Origin: Octopus vulgaris
Lineage: Eukaryota
DNA: 64,000 nt
Reading direction: 5' to 3'
Assembly: GCA_951406725.2 (NCBI GenBank)
Contig: OX597814.1
Span: forward strand, 39,990,001-40,054,000
Part shown: one piece after another, positions 14,700 through 29,211 of the stretch
How the letters are laid out: the number at the start of each line of letters is the position of its first letter
How positions within the stretch are numbered: position 1 is the first letter of the stretch
The notes under the pieces: model-generated
Seen by the model: only the letters and a program-made list of their open reading frames with translations
Databases searched by the model: none
What the model was told of the DNA's origin: nothing
Program-made: the position numbers and the translations under genes

Positions 14700-15525
14700 A
14701 TGTCCCGGTATTAAATTGACTCTGTTGCTACGATATGTTGATGACACCCTTATACTCTGACCACCCAGGGAAGATGCCCAAGTGCTGTTAGATCATGTGA
14801 ACTCAATAAAGCCATCCATACAGTTCACAATGGAAACGGAAAAAGGCAATCGTCTGGCATTCCTTGACGCATTAATAACACGCACCAAGTATGGATTCAG
14901 GATATCCGTATACCGCAAGCCGACCTTCACTGGACGATACCTTAAATTCAATTCACATCATCCACACAGGAGAGGGATTGCTCAGTGCCTAAAACATCGT
15001 GCAAAGAATATAAGTAAGCGATCGTGATACACACTACGAGGAAATGATCAAGCTCAATAATGGTCTGTTAAGCAACAACTACCCCCAATGTATACTATCC
15101 ACTCGAATTATGAAGAAAAGAGAAGATAAACTGTCTACTGTCTGTCTACCATATGTGAAAGGCCTCTCCGAAAAGATACAAAAGATATCTACCCATATGA
15201 CATCAGCGCAGTATTCAAGAGTAATACAAGATTTCGTAAATACCTCCTTCGGGTAAAACCACCAATAGAAGAGAATATAACCAAAAGCTGCGTGTACTGC
15301 CGCCTATCCAGCTGTTGTAGGTAATACAAAAGCAAAACATGCTGCCCCCTCAAAATAAAGTAGACGAACATCACGAAGCTGTGACACGAGGATATATTGA
15401 TAAATCGGGTATGGCTGATCAGGCATGGATTAATGTAGACCACCTCCCCCTGTGGGATGAAGCTAACATAATAGACAGGGAACACAACTGGAAAATACGA
15501 AAACTAAAAGAAGCAACACATGTTT
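14700..15525 (+). mobile_element. Penelope-like element (Penelope/Poseidon-like): RT C-terminus, thumb and GIY-YIG pseudogene
   Basis: RYVDDTL at 14731; NSIKPSIQFTMETEKGNRLAFLD...SVYRKPTFTGRYLKFNSHHP (14782 ORF); TVCLPYVKGLSEKI; KSGMADQAW...IIDREHNWKIRKLKEA (15339 ORF). Frameshifted. Confidence 0.92.
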
Positions 15526-18500
15526 ACCTGTGTGCTTGTGTATGACCGTAGAGAAAATGTATTCCGTTATGCATTGTGCAAGTTTCTCTGTGTTTATGAT
15601 TTAGCTGTTGATTGCTTCACTGCAACTTGTATGGTTGACACATAGGATGAGTGGACATACAAAGCTGCGTTGGTGCGAGTGTCCGTGTAAATGTTAGTGT
15701 ATTAGTGTGTGTACATTGGTGAATGAGTTTCGTTTGAGAGAAATATTCCAGTGTGCATGGGGCAGGGGTACCTTTATGCCGTGTGTTTGTGTTTCTCTGA
15801 CTGTGATGGTGTACGAGCGTCTGTTTGTAGAGCTGTTTCAGTATTTGATACAAATGTTACTAAGTTGTGCGAAATCAATAGTTATGGTGTGAAGTATGCA
15901 CGCACGTGTATGAGGTGGAAGTTTCAAAAACATATTGCCACTTCATTAATAATGGGACGGGTATAACAAGAAGAAGGCAGAGGTGCGGTTGACTTAGCCG
16001 TACTTAGCGTAGGTGGCTCTGACTATGGTTTGGACATCTCAAAAAATCGTGTGGTTAAAATGAAGCAGTAAATTTAGCTGTCTCAGAAAGTACACTAAAC
16101 TAACAAAAAATGTAATATACATATTTCAACGTTATCAGGAGTATTTCTTACACCATGACGAATGCTAGTTCATGGTAGATGCTACTATTGTATTTCTTGT
16201 CTGTTGATTATGTGTTTAAAGTAGAAGTGAGTGCAACACATATCCCAGTACATGAAACAACGTTGGATAAACATTGAGTGACTTTAACTTGCTACAAAAA
16301 TTTCAATTGAAAGTAAGATTAACTATGAAAGATAGCAAGATGAAAACATATAATCGACACATGTATTTAGTATATAATTTAAAGTTAGGGCTCTATTGGA
16401 AATATGTATCGAGAAATATTTTGGAAAATATTCTTTAGACTGTTATGAATTCTAGCAATATTACCACCAGGCTTTGCGACAAACCACCAGTATTGTTTAT
16501 ATCACTTCGATACTGACAACGAGTTCGTGCAATATTAATCGATTTATGAACACCATTAATCCAAAAGTAAGTATGACATAATATCAAGGAAATATAAAAG
16601 AAAATTTTAATCGATAAAGTAAAGAAGAACACTGCTTAATTTTCAAATACATATATATGTTAGAAAAGTAATTGTATTTGGGTTAGTAGGATTATTATTT
16701 CATATGTTATGGATTTACTCACAATCATAAACATCACTAGATTTCAAATAATTAAATGTCTCTTCGGTTATTAGAAATGGTGGTTGCTTAAATTATTGAA
16801 GTTGTTGGTGACGAATGCAACCTCACAATAGAAACTATCAAGAGAATGTCAGCGTACAGGAAAGGTTCTGACAATCTAGGCATCTCTCTCAAATACAGAT
16901 ACTCAACATTATCCACTGACGCACTGATAATGTATATAAGCTCCTACTGAATAACTTCAAAACAGAATCTGTAATGCTTTATGTAATTCCGATCAATATA
17001 AAACAGTTGTAATGAAAAAGCAGATTTTCATTTTCTACCATCTAGTATATTAATATATTATAAGTGTAGTTACAACGAATACTTAAGACGGAGTATTGGT
17101 TATCGTTGATAGGTCACTTAGTTCTAATTTCACCTCTGATCGAAAATACTCCAGACTTGAATGTATTTCATTTTCTCAACCATGGTGCATAACAGTTTAC
17201 GTTAAATAAGTTATTGGTCTGCATTTAGCAAATAAGATAAGTTTGGAGAAGTGCTTGATTCTAATCTTATATCAGCTAAGCTAGGTGTTAAAAGCTATTT
17301 TGCTACATAGATAGATACATCGTTATAAAGGCATGCTTTATTATATCTCTAAATTTTGGGAAGTATACTATGTTATATTGTTATGTCTAAAAGCAATTTA
17401 GTATTTATAGTTTTGCTTTATTTACCAAGCGTTAAAGGGGAACTGGAGAAGTTAAAGGCAGTTGTAATTATCTTAAAGCTGATGCTGACCTATAATTCGT
17501 AGAATGTACTGTCTCGGGTGGAAGGCTTTCTTCTAGTTTCCAATTGACTTTGCAGTATAGGTTCTGAAAATATTTATTTTATTATATATTATTATATATT
17601 AAACTTAACGAAAATGCATTTTTTCTGCTATCGTATGTGGAACCATGTTCCAAGTTACAACAGTTATTCTTTGCAAATTTAAGCTTCTTGCATTTAGAAC
17701 AATACGATTTAGATGATATTCATGCATCCATATTGTGAAAATATTATATGCTATCGATGTTGTTATTATTAGAATTGCATAATTTTACACTTTTCTCACT
17801 ATACCACAGATGTAATTATAATTCTATAATTGCCGACATTGTCGATTTCCGTCGCTCTGTTTTACAATAATGGTTTCCAAAACGTAAATGTGAGACGCCA
17901 ACGCTCTTGTCACCAACTTTGCTGTCATGCTAGACACGATGTTGCTAGTATTTGCCAATTATGATATATTGGCTAATTTATTAATGTCTCCATTGTAACC
18001 AAGCAAAGAGAATATTGAAATGGTATTTTCCTTGAAATGTGATTAATTACTGCTTCGGCCAAATGATTGATTTCTTTATCTGTCTCGTTCTAACGATTTG
18101 GAAAACTTTCTCCAATGATTTTCAAGTACAAAAAAATAAATAAATAAACAAATAATAAATAAACGTATCCAAATCAGAAAATCGATAATCCGAGTGATGT
18201 ATAGCCATGAGGTTAGGTACTCATCCTAGGAGACTGAATGACATAAAGGAAAAGAGGCCTTCTCATCAGTTACTGATTGTCTCGTTGCAATGAAGAATGG
18301 AATATACCAGAGCCAATTAGATTCTTTTTTCGATATTTGCGGCACTAGCATTGTAATTTCATATTGAGGTATTAAAATCTTTGTTTGCCATTTGTTGCAT
18401 TATGTATTTATATTTGCATATTTTGAGCTTACAATGCTCGGTAGCAACCATGCATACTTGTACATAATAAATTGCATTACATAGTATTATTATGAATAAT

Positions 18501-18826
18501 GATATATAACATATTTACTACCCGTTTATGGTGAGGTTTTGAAGTGAATATTTATTGCAACACCAACAACGTGATAAAATTATTGGAAGTAATCAAAATA
18601 ATGAAATGTTGAAATATGTCATAATTTTATAATATAGTTTTGAGCATCTGATCAAATATTGTAGACGTGCAGGGAATTGTTTTTGGTTTGGTTACTAAGA
18701 TAATGTAAGAAATACATTAGACGATCCACTATATACTATGTGAGAAAAAATGCCGTATGATATAAAGTGCAGTAACATTTCAAACATTACGTTTTGAAAT
18801 TTATCGCTTTGTGGAACTGAACTTTA

Positions 18827-19073
18827 TCTCTCTATATATAAAAGGCAATTTGTCTGTCTGTGTGTCTGTCAGGTTGTACCCGAACCCTGACCACGGCTTT
18901 CAACCGATTCTGATGAAACTTGAGACACACATAGCCCAATGTCATCATTCAAAACTAACGCAGCGGAAATTTTGAAAAATTCCCCCCATTTCTGAAAAGA
19001 ATTGATAAATTCGACATGCGGTCAAGAATCTAAGCTTATCATATGCAACACATTTTCCGGGCTATGCTGCTAA
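18827..19073 (+). mobile_element. Non-autonomous Helitron-like element (decayed 3' end)
   Basis: A|TC start, then TATATATAAAAGGC, (TGTC)n and AACCGATTCTGATGAAACTTG, typical of small animal Helitron 5' ends. Degenerate ...CCGGGCTATGCTGCTAA|T terminus. Confidence 0.55.
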
Positions 19074-19783
19074 TACAAAATATATGTGCTTAGAATGGAC
19101 AAAAGCTTGATGTGGGCAACAAATTTACGCGGATTTATATTTGAGTACTTAAGTGATTTGCCAGAAATTTCCATATCTTTATAGTGCCGCTTATGTAACA
19201 CATTTTAAAATTTATAAAACTGTTAATAGCATTCACTGAAGACGTTGCTAACAAAACATCGGGAAGATGAATCAGAGACTAAATGCTTGCCTGGAATACT
19301 GCGCACAAGAATTTGGTAATTTCTTTTTTACGTCATGCATATTAAATATTTTGTAAATAATTAAATTATTTTACGCACACACGCCAAAAAACGCACATAC
19401 ACAGGAGCACAAACACATACATACACGAGGACATACAGACAAAATCGTCACACATGTGTATAGGCAGACATACGTATACACTCATATACACACATGTACA
19501 GATTTGGAATGTTCTTGGGAAAATATTTACACTCCCTTCTGTTTATGTATCCAAATTGATGTATGAGTTGGGATATGTAAAAATAAAATAAAGCAGGCAC
19601 ACACATTCTTTTTCTGTATGTATGATTGCATGTATATGTTTGTGCATCTAAATGTGTACTATGTAAAGTGTAGATTTATGATGGTGTACGGATGGTTTGT
19701 TTCTGTGTCTATAATATTGTATGTATGCTTACGTGTATATGTGATGATTAATATGTGTGTGTGTTTGCATGTATGTGTGTATG

Positions 19784-19832
<49 letters not shown>

Positions 19833-20878
19833 CACACATACTCACATACATATGTATATATATGAGTGTATATACACACACACTCACACACACAAACACA
19901 TATATATATGTATGTATGTCTATGAGTAATGCACATGTGAACTCATATAACCCATATATCCAGCAGAGATCTACATCTTTACTTTTGCACATTTTTCTTT
20001 GTATTGTTTATATTTTATTAACAGATTTAACCTGCGGCACTCTGTCTGGCTATAAGAACATTTGTTTAATATTCCTTGATCAACACATATCTGTATGGCA
20101 TTGCTATTGCTTTTATAACTATTTCTCTTTTCGTACCTTCATTTTTTTATTACTATGCATCTACTTTCTACTGAAATTTTTCAATTTATATTTTAGTTTT
20201 TATAATTTTTATATTTCTAACTTATTGTGTCATTTATATTTTTTTTTGTTTCCATATATTATTAATTTATTATCTATTTTTCATGATTTCTCTCTTTTTG
20301 CATCGGATTATTTCTTATTTCTCATGACTGTTTAATCTTTATTTCCATCTTTGATCATTATTTTTAACTAATATATATTTTCTTATGCTTTCCTCTGATG
20401 ATATTTGTCTCAGTGTATCTCAATGGTTTCTTGATCAGTTGTCTCGAGCTTTTTCTTTTCTTAGTAAATTTCTTTCAAATTTTCTTTTAACTATGCATTT
20501 TGGCACGACCTGTGTAGAGCGATTACACTTGCTGGAATTTCGTAGTTTGAACTATATAGTATAAAATATGCTTTTCCGTCCAGTACTAAGATATGCTGTC
20601 AAATATTGATATTAGTGTGATACTACGTAGGTGATCTTAAAAAACCGTAGTAATATCAATATTATTCTTTTGTGTATAATTTTGGGATGTATATAGATTT
20701 CCGCTTTCATTACAGCCACAAATATTATATAGCATTCAACACGGTATTGTGAAAGCTTGGAGATTACATTAATATTATTTAATGAGGTCTAGAATTTGTG
20801 TTTTAGTCTCTTGCATTTGCACTATATATGTATGTATGTATGTATATATATTATCCTTGGTTCTGTGTTTATGTTTTC

Positions 20879-20941
<63 letters not shown>

Positions 20942-21281
20942 GATATTCATACTTACTTATCTTATCAGATTAACTATGAAACCCCTGGAGAAGATTTTAA
21001 ATAGTGTGTGAAATATAGTTTGGACTTTGGTTTGTAACGTACGAAAAATGATAATAATGATCATATTGCTTGAGGTACACCAACGTTACACTGTTGACTG
21101 ACTATACTATAACTATATTGCCTGAGGTACACCGAATTTATCCTTTTTTACCATCTCTTAATTTATCCAGTAACAATATTTTTCCCACTTCCTTTACCTT
21201 TTTAACCTCTCCTACTAACGGCATTATCCTGTTGTGTTATTATTGTACCTAACACAATAATAATGGAATACTTCGAACAAT

Positions 21282-21497
21282 AATGGTTTTAAATGTTGGC
21301 ACAGGGCAAGCCATTATTAAGGAAAAGGTATAGTTGACTACATCGACAACAATACTTGATTTCACTTTTCATTGTCGACTCTGGAAGAAGCACAAAGTTG
21401 ATATCTACGTGTTTTGAACTCAGAAAGTATAAAGCCATAACAATGCCACTTAAGATTTTGTCTGACACGCTAACAATCTTACCAGTTTGGCATCTTA
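21282..21497 (-). mobile_element. Decayed SINE (same family as 28995-29211)
   Basis: Reverse complement aligns by eye with the 28995 SINE (TTCTGAGTTCAAA, ACTTTG..CTT, GTCGATGTAGTCAACT, CTTGCCCTGTGCC). Confidence 0.65.
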
Positions 21498-21498
21498 T

Positions 21499-21574
<76 letters not shown>

Positions 21575-21619
21575 GCTACTGCTGCTGCTGCTGCTGCTAC
21601 TGCTACTGCTGAGGCTGCT
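21498..21619. repeat. (TAC)n followed by (GCT)n microsatellite
   Basis: Direct reading. Explains the poly-T/poly-A ORF 21356-21655. Confidence 0.98.
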
Positions 21620-21806
21620 GGTGAAAGTATTTATCAATATAATGACAATGTATGACGATCTTAAATAGTATATGAAAATAAACTCAACAACTTTAAGTTG
21701 ATGTGTGGTGATTTAAATGGTCTGATTTAGCATTAAAGTATGTTATCCCCCATCTTCATGCTATATATACATACATACACACATAGACACATATATACGT
21801 ATATGG

Positions 21807-21834
<28 letters not shown>

Positions 21835-21838
<4 letters not shown>

Positions 21839-21930
21839 GAAAAAAGTGTTCAGAATGCTGGAAATGCTGGATAGTTGTAAAAATATATACTTTTACAACC
21901 ATCCTGCATTCTCAACACCTTTTTTCTTTC
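21835..21930. repeat. Short fold-back (inverted repeat) next to (TA)n
   Basis: GAAAGAAAAAAGTGTTCAGAATGC...GGATAGTTGTAAAA / TTTTACAACCATCC.GCATTCTCAACACCTTTTTTCTTTC. Confidence 0.8.
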
Positions 21931-22006
21931 TTATGTATTAAATCTGTACATCACCCCCAATACTTCTAACATATATATACACATATATGCACACACACAT
22001 GAACAT

Positions 22007-22044
<38 letters not shown>

Positions 22045-22359
22045 GCGAATCTACACCAATATATGTTCAAGAATTTACGTAGAAATCTAATATAACGTGG
22101 AGCAGATATATCCATGAATTTTGCATGATATTGGATGTTACATTGACTTATGGTTGTGTCGATATTCGTCCACTCATATAGAATCTGAATGAATAAGAAG
22201 TCGTTGATCCTCATAATGTATATATTTATGCATGTTATTCAATTACATTAACCGAGTCTATCGATTGAGCAACTGTGTGGTGTGGTGGTTAAACAATGAT
22301 GTTTCTTTTCGCTATATAAACTCCTTATGATTATTCATATTTGACCTATTTTCCAAATC

Positions 22360-22474
22360 TTTCTCCGATGAATGTTTCAAATCAAGTGTTGACCCACATG
22401 ATACCTTGTATATTATCATATATTCTTTTTACTACATATTTGCTGTTGTGTCACATATTTCAAAACAGTTAGAA
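22360..22474 (+). ncRNA. Decayed hammerhead-like motif with long stem II region
   Basis: TTCT-CCGATGA-(~90 nt)-AAAA-CAG-TT-AGAA. Stem I TTCT/AGAA is retained but the core is mutated. Confidence 0.35.
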
Positions 22475-22709
22475 TGAACTCTTGACAAATTTTAGAAATC
22501 GCGAGTTGTCGACTTGATTGCATCATATTTAACGAAATTAATCCTGAGATACATGATTCGATAAAGTTTACTGAAATTATAAGCTTCTCTTTTGATCATA
22601 TATAACCCTATCTACTACTTCACTTCCTCCTTCGCATCTACTTTCTAAAATATCTCTACATAACAAAACCCACTTACTTATTGGTATTTATTTTAATCCA
22701 AATATTATA

Positions 22710-23935
22710 TAGGCGTTTTTCAAAGAATTTGATATCAATTGCGATGTAAATATCTCAGAAACTACACAGTTAAATCAAATGAAACTAAACAGGCTTAATG
22801 TTGCACAACAGAAGATTTATTACTCCAAATTTGAATAAAAAATTCAAGATATGTCGATTCCATGAATGACTTCACAAAAGTTCAATATGCGCACCTCCTG
22901 AAACACGTCACATGTCCGTAGTCCAGTTCCTCCCAAACACGCTGCAGCATGTCTTGGCTAACAGTCTCCAGTGCGGTAGTGTTTCTTTGCTCGAGTTCCT
23001 CTAGGTTTGCAGAAAGAGGGGGGGGGCATAAACGAGGACCTTCACATTACCCCATGTTTGCGCTTTTGCTTGTCGTCTTCCGTTGTGGCCTGATAGAGCT
23101 GCAGTTTGGAAGGTTTCATTTGCCAAACTGTCGTTGTTGGAATCTGGGTTTCCAGACTTGTTCTTCCCATCCTTTTCGGGGCTATGCAAGTGTTTTTGGT
23201 GAACTTGCGCGGCCGTCTCTTCCGATGTTAGTGGTAATCCAGATCCTTTTGCCCTGCACAGACTTTCTTCCTCTTTGAATTTTTTGTGCCATGTCCAAAT
23301 CTGCATCTCTGTTGGTGACCTTTTAGAAAACTCTCTCACAAATGCACGCTGCACAATCTTGTTCGACTGTGTTCTAGCATACACCAATACACAAAACGCC
23401 TTTTCTGTTTCAGTGAATGCCATTTCTATACGTGAAAATATAAACAAGGCTGAGTGGTAAGTAGCTTGCTTACCAACTACATGGTTCAGGGTTCAGTCCC
23501 ACTGCGTGGCACCTTGGGTAAGTGTCTTCTACTATAGCCTCGGGCTGACCAAAGCCTTGTGAATGGATTTTGTATACGGAAACTGAAAGAAGCCCGTCGT
23601 ATATATATGTGTGTGTGTATGTGCGTGTTTGTCTGTGTTTGTCCCCCCCAACATCGCTTGACAACCGATGCTGGTGTGTTTACGTCCCCGTAGCTTAGCG
23701 GTTCGGCAAAAAGAGACTGATAAAATAAGCACTAGGCTTACGAAGAATAAGTCCTGGGGTCGATTTGATCGACTAAAGGCGGTGCTCCGGCATGGCCACA
23801 GTCACATGACTGAAACAAGTAAAAGAATATTAAACATAAGATATTGACCATGCTGTTAAAATTTGAAGTGTGTTGAACCTTAACAGGTAAAGTTATTAGA
23901 TGGCGAAAAAATATCAAATTTTATGAAACACCCTG
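22710..23935 (-). mobile_element. Internally deleted Tc1/mariner-superfamily transposon (DUF4817-type HTH; rosa/maT-like) with TIRs
   Basis: TIRs TA|TAGGCGTTTTTCAAAGAATTTGATAT and ATATCAAATTTTATGAAACACCCTG|TA. ORF from ATG 23423: MAFTETEKAFCVLVYARTQS...VQRAF...PT..QIWTWHKKFKEEESLC, joined to C-terminal WGNVKVLVY..P...LEEL....ALETVSQDMLQRVWEELDY. The catalytic core is missing. Confidence 0.88.
23446..23828 (+). mobile_element. tRNA-derived SINE nested in the transposon
   Basis: A-box-like GGCTGAGTGGTAA, B-box GGGTTCAGTCCC, internal (TA)/(TG) tract, 3' tail GGCGGTGCTCCGGCATGGCCACAGTCACATGACTGAAACAAGTAAAAGAA. Confidence 0.9.
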
Positions 23936-24612
23936 TAATTTTGTTGAGATCAAAATTAAACGTAGACTGATATTTCCGAGACAGAATCAAACATTTACCA
24001 GAAATGTGACATTCTGGTACATGTTTGAATAGACTAAGTTTTGACGAATAAATATTTGCTTCAGTGCATAATATATATGGAAACAAAATGGGATGCACCG
24101 ACGCGAAGTTAAGCAGCTGGAAATGCAATATATTTGCGAAGAGCACAATGCAGACACACTACATTTAAATGTTTATTTCTTTTAACATGGTTTTCTCCAA
24201 AGTGTAAATCAAAGTTGCGTGTTACATCACTTCCAACTTTGTTAATAGTAATGCTATACCGTTTAAATTTCGTTATGTTAACTATACATTTCGACGAGAG
24301 AATCACGTTTAATTGTAAGAATGGTAAAATGGAATATATGTAATGAATGAATTTTCTCAATACACGCTCATACGTTTTGATCGCAGGTGTGGATTTCTTT
24401 GTTTTAGATAGGATAGCGATATTAAATTTCATTTGGCAAATGTACAACGTTTAAATGTTAAGTAGCATGAAAATTCCTCACGAAACGAATAAAAGGAGTC
24501 ATATATAAATCAGCATATTTGCGATGTTGTGTATTGTTAAATTTAAATCCGAACAAAGAATTTACTTCAAATAATATCATATACAAGAAATTGTATAAAT
24601 TTTCAGTGACAA

Positions 24613-24617
24613 AGAGA

Positions 24618-24653
<36 letters not shown>

Positions 24654-24676
24654 AATAGAGGGAGAAAGAGAGAGAG
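24613..24676. repeat. (GA)n microsatellite
   Basis: Direct reading. Confidence 0.97.
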
Positions 24677-25081
24677 AATCATATCACTAATTACATTACT
24701 CACACTAATAGAAATCAAACAATATAAAATCATACGATTGAATTTAGATACTTAATGCCATAACAGATGAAAACCATCTTTTCTATCTCACAAATACGCT
24801 AAAGTATAAACAAACCATATGAATAATTGATGTAAAAGTTTTCAGATTTTCAATGTATAGCGAATGTTAGTAGAATTTTGGTTTTACAATACACGGAATG
24901 GATTTATGCGTTAATTAAACTTACTTAGCTCCAATGAAGCTTATGCAATTTAAAATTATTAACGATCTGTTTCGATGAACATTATGCACTAAAAATACTT
25001 CTTAATCTCTTTGTCTCTCCCACAGATATGCCACATATATAATATAGCGCCGATGTATACATAGTTCGATACTTATAAACG

Positions 25082-25119
<38 letters not shown>

Positions 25120-26732
25120 ACATGTTTTTACATGCCTACAAATAGTTTCATGCCAAACAATGTTTTATAACACATCTGGCACATTTTATATTATTATTAT
25201 GCAACCGTCTCTCGCCAAGCTGAATGTGTTGCCTATTATTATAAAGACATTCAAATATATATATACCTACATTGTAAGAAATTCTAATGAGAGAACGAAT
25301 CCAAGAAATTCTGGAACATACAAAAAATAATATTGGTGGGGGAGAATTAATTGCGAGAAACGTCAAGGAAACGTGCTATACAGAAATATCACTGATTTCA
25401 TACAGAAATACTATAGAATAATCATAAATGCTTTGGTAATTAAAATATATGAGATGAAATTAATACGTTGAAGTGCTGAAGTAAGTTTTGAGTGATGATT
25501 TTCCAATATAAGGGATTAGAAGGAGACAGAAAAACTCTATAAATTTTATAAGAATATTTGCCAGAAACTAAAACTGAATTTCAGAAGTATTTCGGCACCA
25601 AATGTTTTTTTTTATATTGTACGTCATACAGCAATCTGAAATACGTTTACTTACATCTTCATATGCTAAGACCAAATGTGCAAAGGTGTCACGTGCTTAG
25701 CTGAACTGGGAAGCGAATACAGATTAGTGCTAGCGTTGAGAGCTAGTCCTGCCCCTCTCAGAAAATAGAAAGTGCTTGAGACGATAAGATCATCTAAAAA
25801 TTGTAGGCGAAGCAGTTCATCCTTTTGATGTCGCTACCGTTGCCATTGCTGATACTGCCGAACACGACCTCTGCCTTATAGACCACAGCCTCAGAGTCGC
25901 AACGACCACCTACTGCGTATCTTGCCTCTGTGCGGAATTGAGGGGCGTTCACAAAAGTCTTTTTTACCCTTGCCCCACAGCTGAACGACAGGCTTCAGTT
26001 ATGCCTATTAAATCATCGTGCGCACCAATGATATTGCATGAAATCTTAACCTACTAAGATGAGGACGATTTTTCTCAAGTAGCATTGGATGTTGAGAAAG
26101 GAAAATTTCGTTTTAGGTTGTTTTCATCACAAAGTTGGACAATGCAAAATGTTACTGCTAAAAAACGTTGACAACTGCTTCACTATTTAAGGACACATAC
26201 ACCAAAATATGTTGGAGCATAGAAGGGTCACTTGTAGTTTTGCCTATATAACTACAAATCTTATTTTAAGACCCCAGAGGGGTGGAACATTGATGCAGTA
26301 GCCAACTACATACGGCATTTAACTGAACACGGAACACTAAACAGGATCAAATGGTTGCTCCTGGAACAGTTCGGACCATATCTGAATGAGGTAAACGATG
26401 TAACCTTTGCTTGGCTGAGAGGGCAAAGGTCATAAAAATTCGCAAAATCCGTGTCATCTTAAGTTTAAAAAAAAAATCCTAATCCATTGTTGGTTAAGTG
26501 AACCAAAAATTTAAATAAATTGATACTGTAAGATCAACTGGAACATTTAAAAAGAATGTATCTCCATCTGTCCCAGAAGGGGATTTCGCTTCGACAAATT
26601 TAGTTTCAAGGATTCTTTATATCATCAAGGGAACCAAAACTGTATTTTTGGTTCCACATATAAAAAGTTTATCATCTATATTGCTAAGTGCAATAATTCA
26701 CATGAAACCAATGGCAACATTCTGAGGTCCCT

Positions 26733-26777
<45 letters not shown>

Positions 26778-26805
26778 TGCATGCACACACACAAATATAT
26801 ATATA

Positions 26806-26843
<38 letters not shown>

Positions 26844-27918
26844 TGTGCGCGCGTGTATATATATATATATATATATGAAGTAATTCTCATTGATTTCCAT
26901 AATCTCACTTTTTCACTCTATCACTGTTAAAATATTTTATAACAAGCATATTTGAATTCCGCAACAATATTTCTGTATAAATTTTGAACAGGTTGCTTTA
27001 GCTCATTATAATGTTCTACCAGCCATTAAACGCAAAACACAGCACATCCGTTTTCAGATATGATTGATCAGTAAAAAGTCAAGTCAGACGTCATAAAACA
27101 GACACTTCTCCAAAATTTATATGCAAAACATTTGAAATGCTCAAAATCATTTATAATTGTCAAATAAATAAAAAAATGTAAATAAAATAAATAAAATATA
27201 AAATCTTTTGTTAAAGAAATTTTCTTAATATTTCGCTTATTTTTTCTGAAGATGATTTTGGTAAATTTTAAATGCTGAAATGTTTGCTCATTTATCAGTG
27301 TTCATATTGATTATCTCATTTTGATGAACTCTTTTTTTTTAAATTTAAATTGCAGTTTGAATTAAACTTGCAGTGGCTAAGTGGTTAACTGGCGCAACTT
27401 GTGATGTGTTATTGTCGAAGTTCATAATGGCTATAATTTATCCAATTTACTCTCATGTCCTTGTAAATTATATGTGGCATATGATATTCTTAAATACTGA
27501 AAAATATGGCATACAAATATCTTTTTAGGGAAACAAATCCAAATGTTAACTAAGAACAAGCAATCGAAAATTTAAAAATACAATAAATAAATATAGACAA
27601 AATAAGGAGGTGGAACATGAATCGCTGGTCTTATTTTTTCCTTCTATAATGAATAAATATAATTTGGCTCTATCCATCTTCCACATACATATAAGATGGT
27701 ATGAATGATATAGTCATTTCATGATGGGATGAATGGTTGCATGTACTAAGATTCAAATGATATTCATCAGTTTCAGTTACTCAAGGTACTAAAAATCTTT
27801 TGTTTCCAGTTTAGATTTTATAGAAGTGTGATTACATACTGAATAGAAAATAATCAGGTATTCCAAATTAGAGCAAGTCATATGAAAAAGTATAAGTATG
27901 TGTGTATGTGTGTATATA

Positions 27919-27954
<36 letters not shown>

Positions 27955-28069
27955 ATTCTTTGAAATGGATGCTTGGTGTTCAATCATATAATAATATAAA
28001 TAATATATATGCATATATACATACGTATATATACATACCTACATATATACGCATATAGATATGTATATG

Positions 28070-28400
28070 TGGGCACAGAACGTCACAGAACGTTTACTAG
28101 AAAAATACGAAAATATGGAATACGAAATACGAATGCATGGAATATGAAATTTTTTGCCAACAAAGGAAACGAATGGAAAACAGGACACACGACATAAAGA
28201 ACAGCTGTTAATCAGTTGACGGATGTTCTTTTCTAATCCGTATATCGAACGTTTAACAACAGGATATGCATATGATTAAACAGATGCTCCCGCATTTGGG
28301 ATTTTGAGTAGGGTCAAAATTTGGGATTTTGAGGAGGGTCAAAATTGGTAACAAAAACAGGACAGTGAAAACAAGCAGGAAGGGCTGCTAAGCCTAAACA
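28070..28400 (-). repeat. Dispersed non-coding repeat family A, copy 1
   Basis: Reverse complement aligns with 31660-31970 and 46040-46345 (GGTTTAG..CCTTCCTG..TTTTCACT..GTTACC.ATTT.GACC..AAAATCCCAAATTTT...TTCGTATT). Confidence 0.8.
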
Positions 28401-28874
28401 AAGTGAGGTAGCGAACGTGCAGAAGCTAGCTTGGATAGGAGACAGACAAGCATACGTCTGGTTCGTACAGCTCTACAAGGAGGAAAGAAAGAAATACAAG
28501 TTAAGGAAAGAAACATGACCGATGTTCACATGAGAGCCACGAGAGATCAAATAAGGAAGAGTGAGGGAGGCAGAGTGACAGACAGAGAACTGCGAAGAGG
28601 GGAGAAAAAATTAGAGAAAGGATACGAAAGAAAAAAACGAAAGGGGAATAAGTGGAGATAAAAAGAATTAGAGAGAAGAGAGAGAACGAAAGAGTGATAG
28701 AGTAATAGAATAGAACAGAATAGAAAATGTCCCATACGCATATGTATATACGTATACATGTATGTGCATATACGTATGTATATATAAATGTATTATTTAT
28801 ATATCTATATCAATATATATATATGTAGATATATGAATATATATATATATACATATATGCATATATATACACAT

Positions 28875-28954
<80 letters not shown>

Positions 28955-28994
28955 ATGTATATATACATACACACATATATATGCGTGTGTGTGT

Positions 28995-29211
28995 AAGGCG
29001 AGCCGGCAGATAGTTTAGTATGCCGTGCAAAATACTTAGCGATATTTCGTGTTTATTTTATTTTCTGAGTTGAAATTATGCTGGGTTTGACTTTGCATTT
29101 CATCCTTTCGGGGTCGATAAACTAAGTATCAGTGAAACACTGGGTCGATGTAATCCACTAGTCTGCCCCCACCAAATCGCAAGCTTTGTACCTATGATAG
29201 AAACGATATTA
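28995..29211 (+). mobile_element. SINE with Meta-domain-like core
   Basis: GGCGAGCCGGCAGA head, TTCTGAGTTGAAATT B-box remnant, GACTTTGCATTTCATCCTTTCGGGGTCGATAAACTAAGTATCAGT core. Confidence 0.8.

Noticed and set aside
23446-23520. tRNA gene
   Set aside because: A/B boxes only, no cloverleaf; it is a SINE head.
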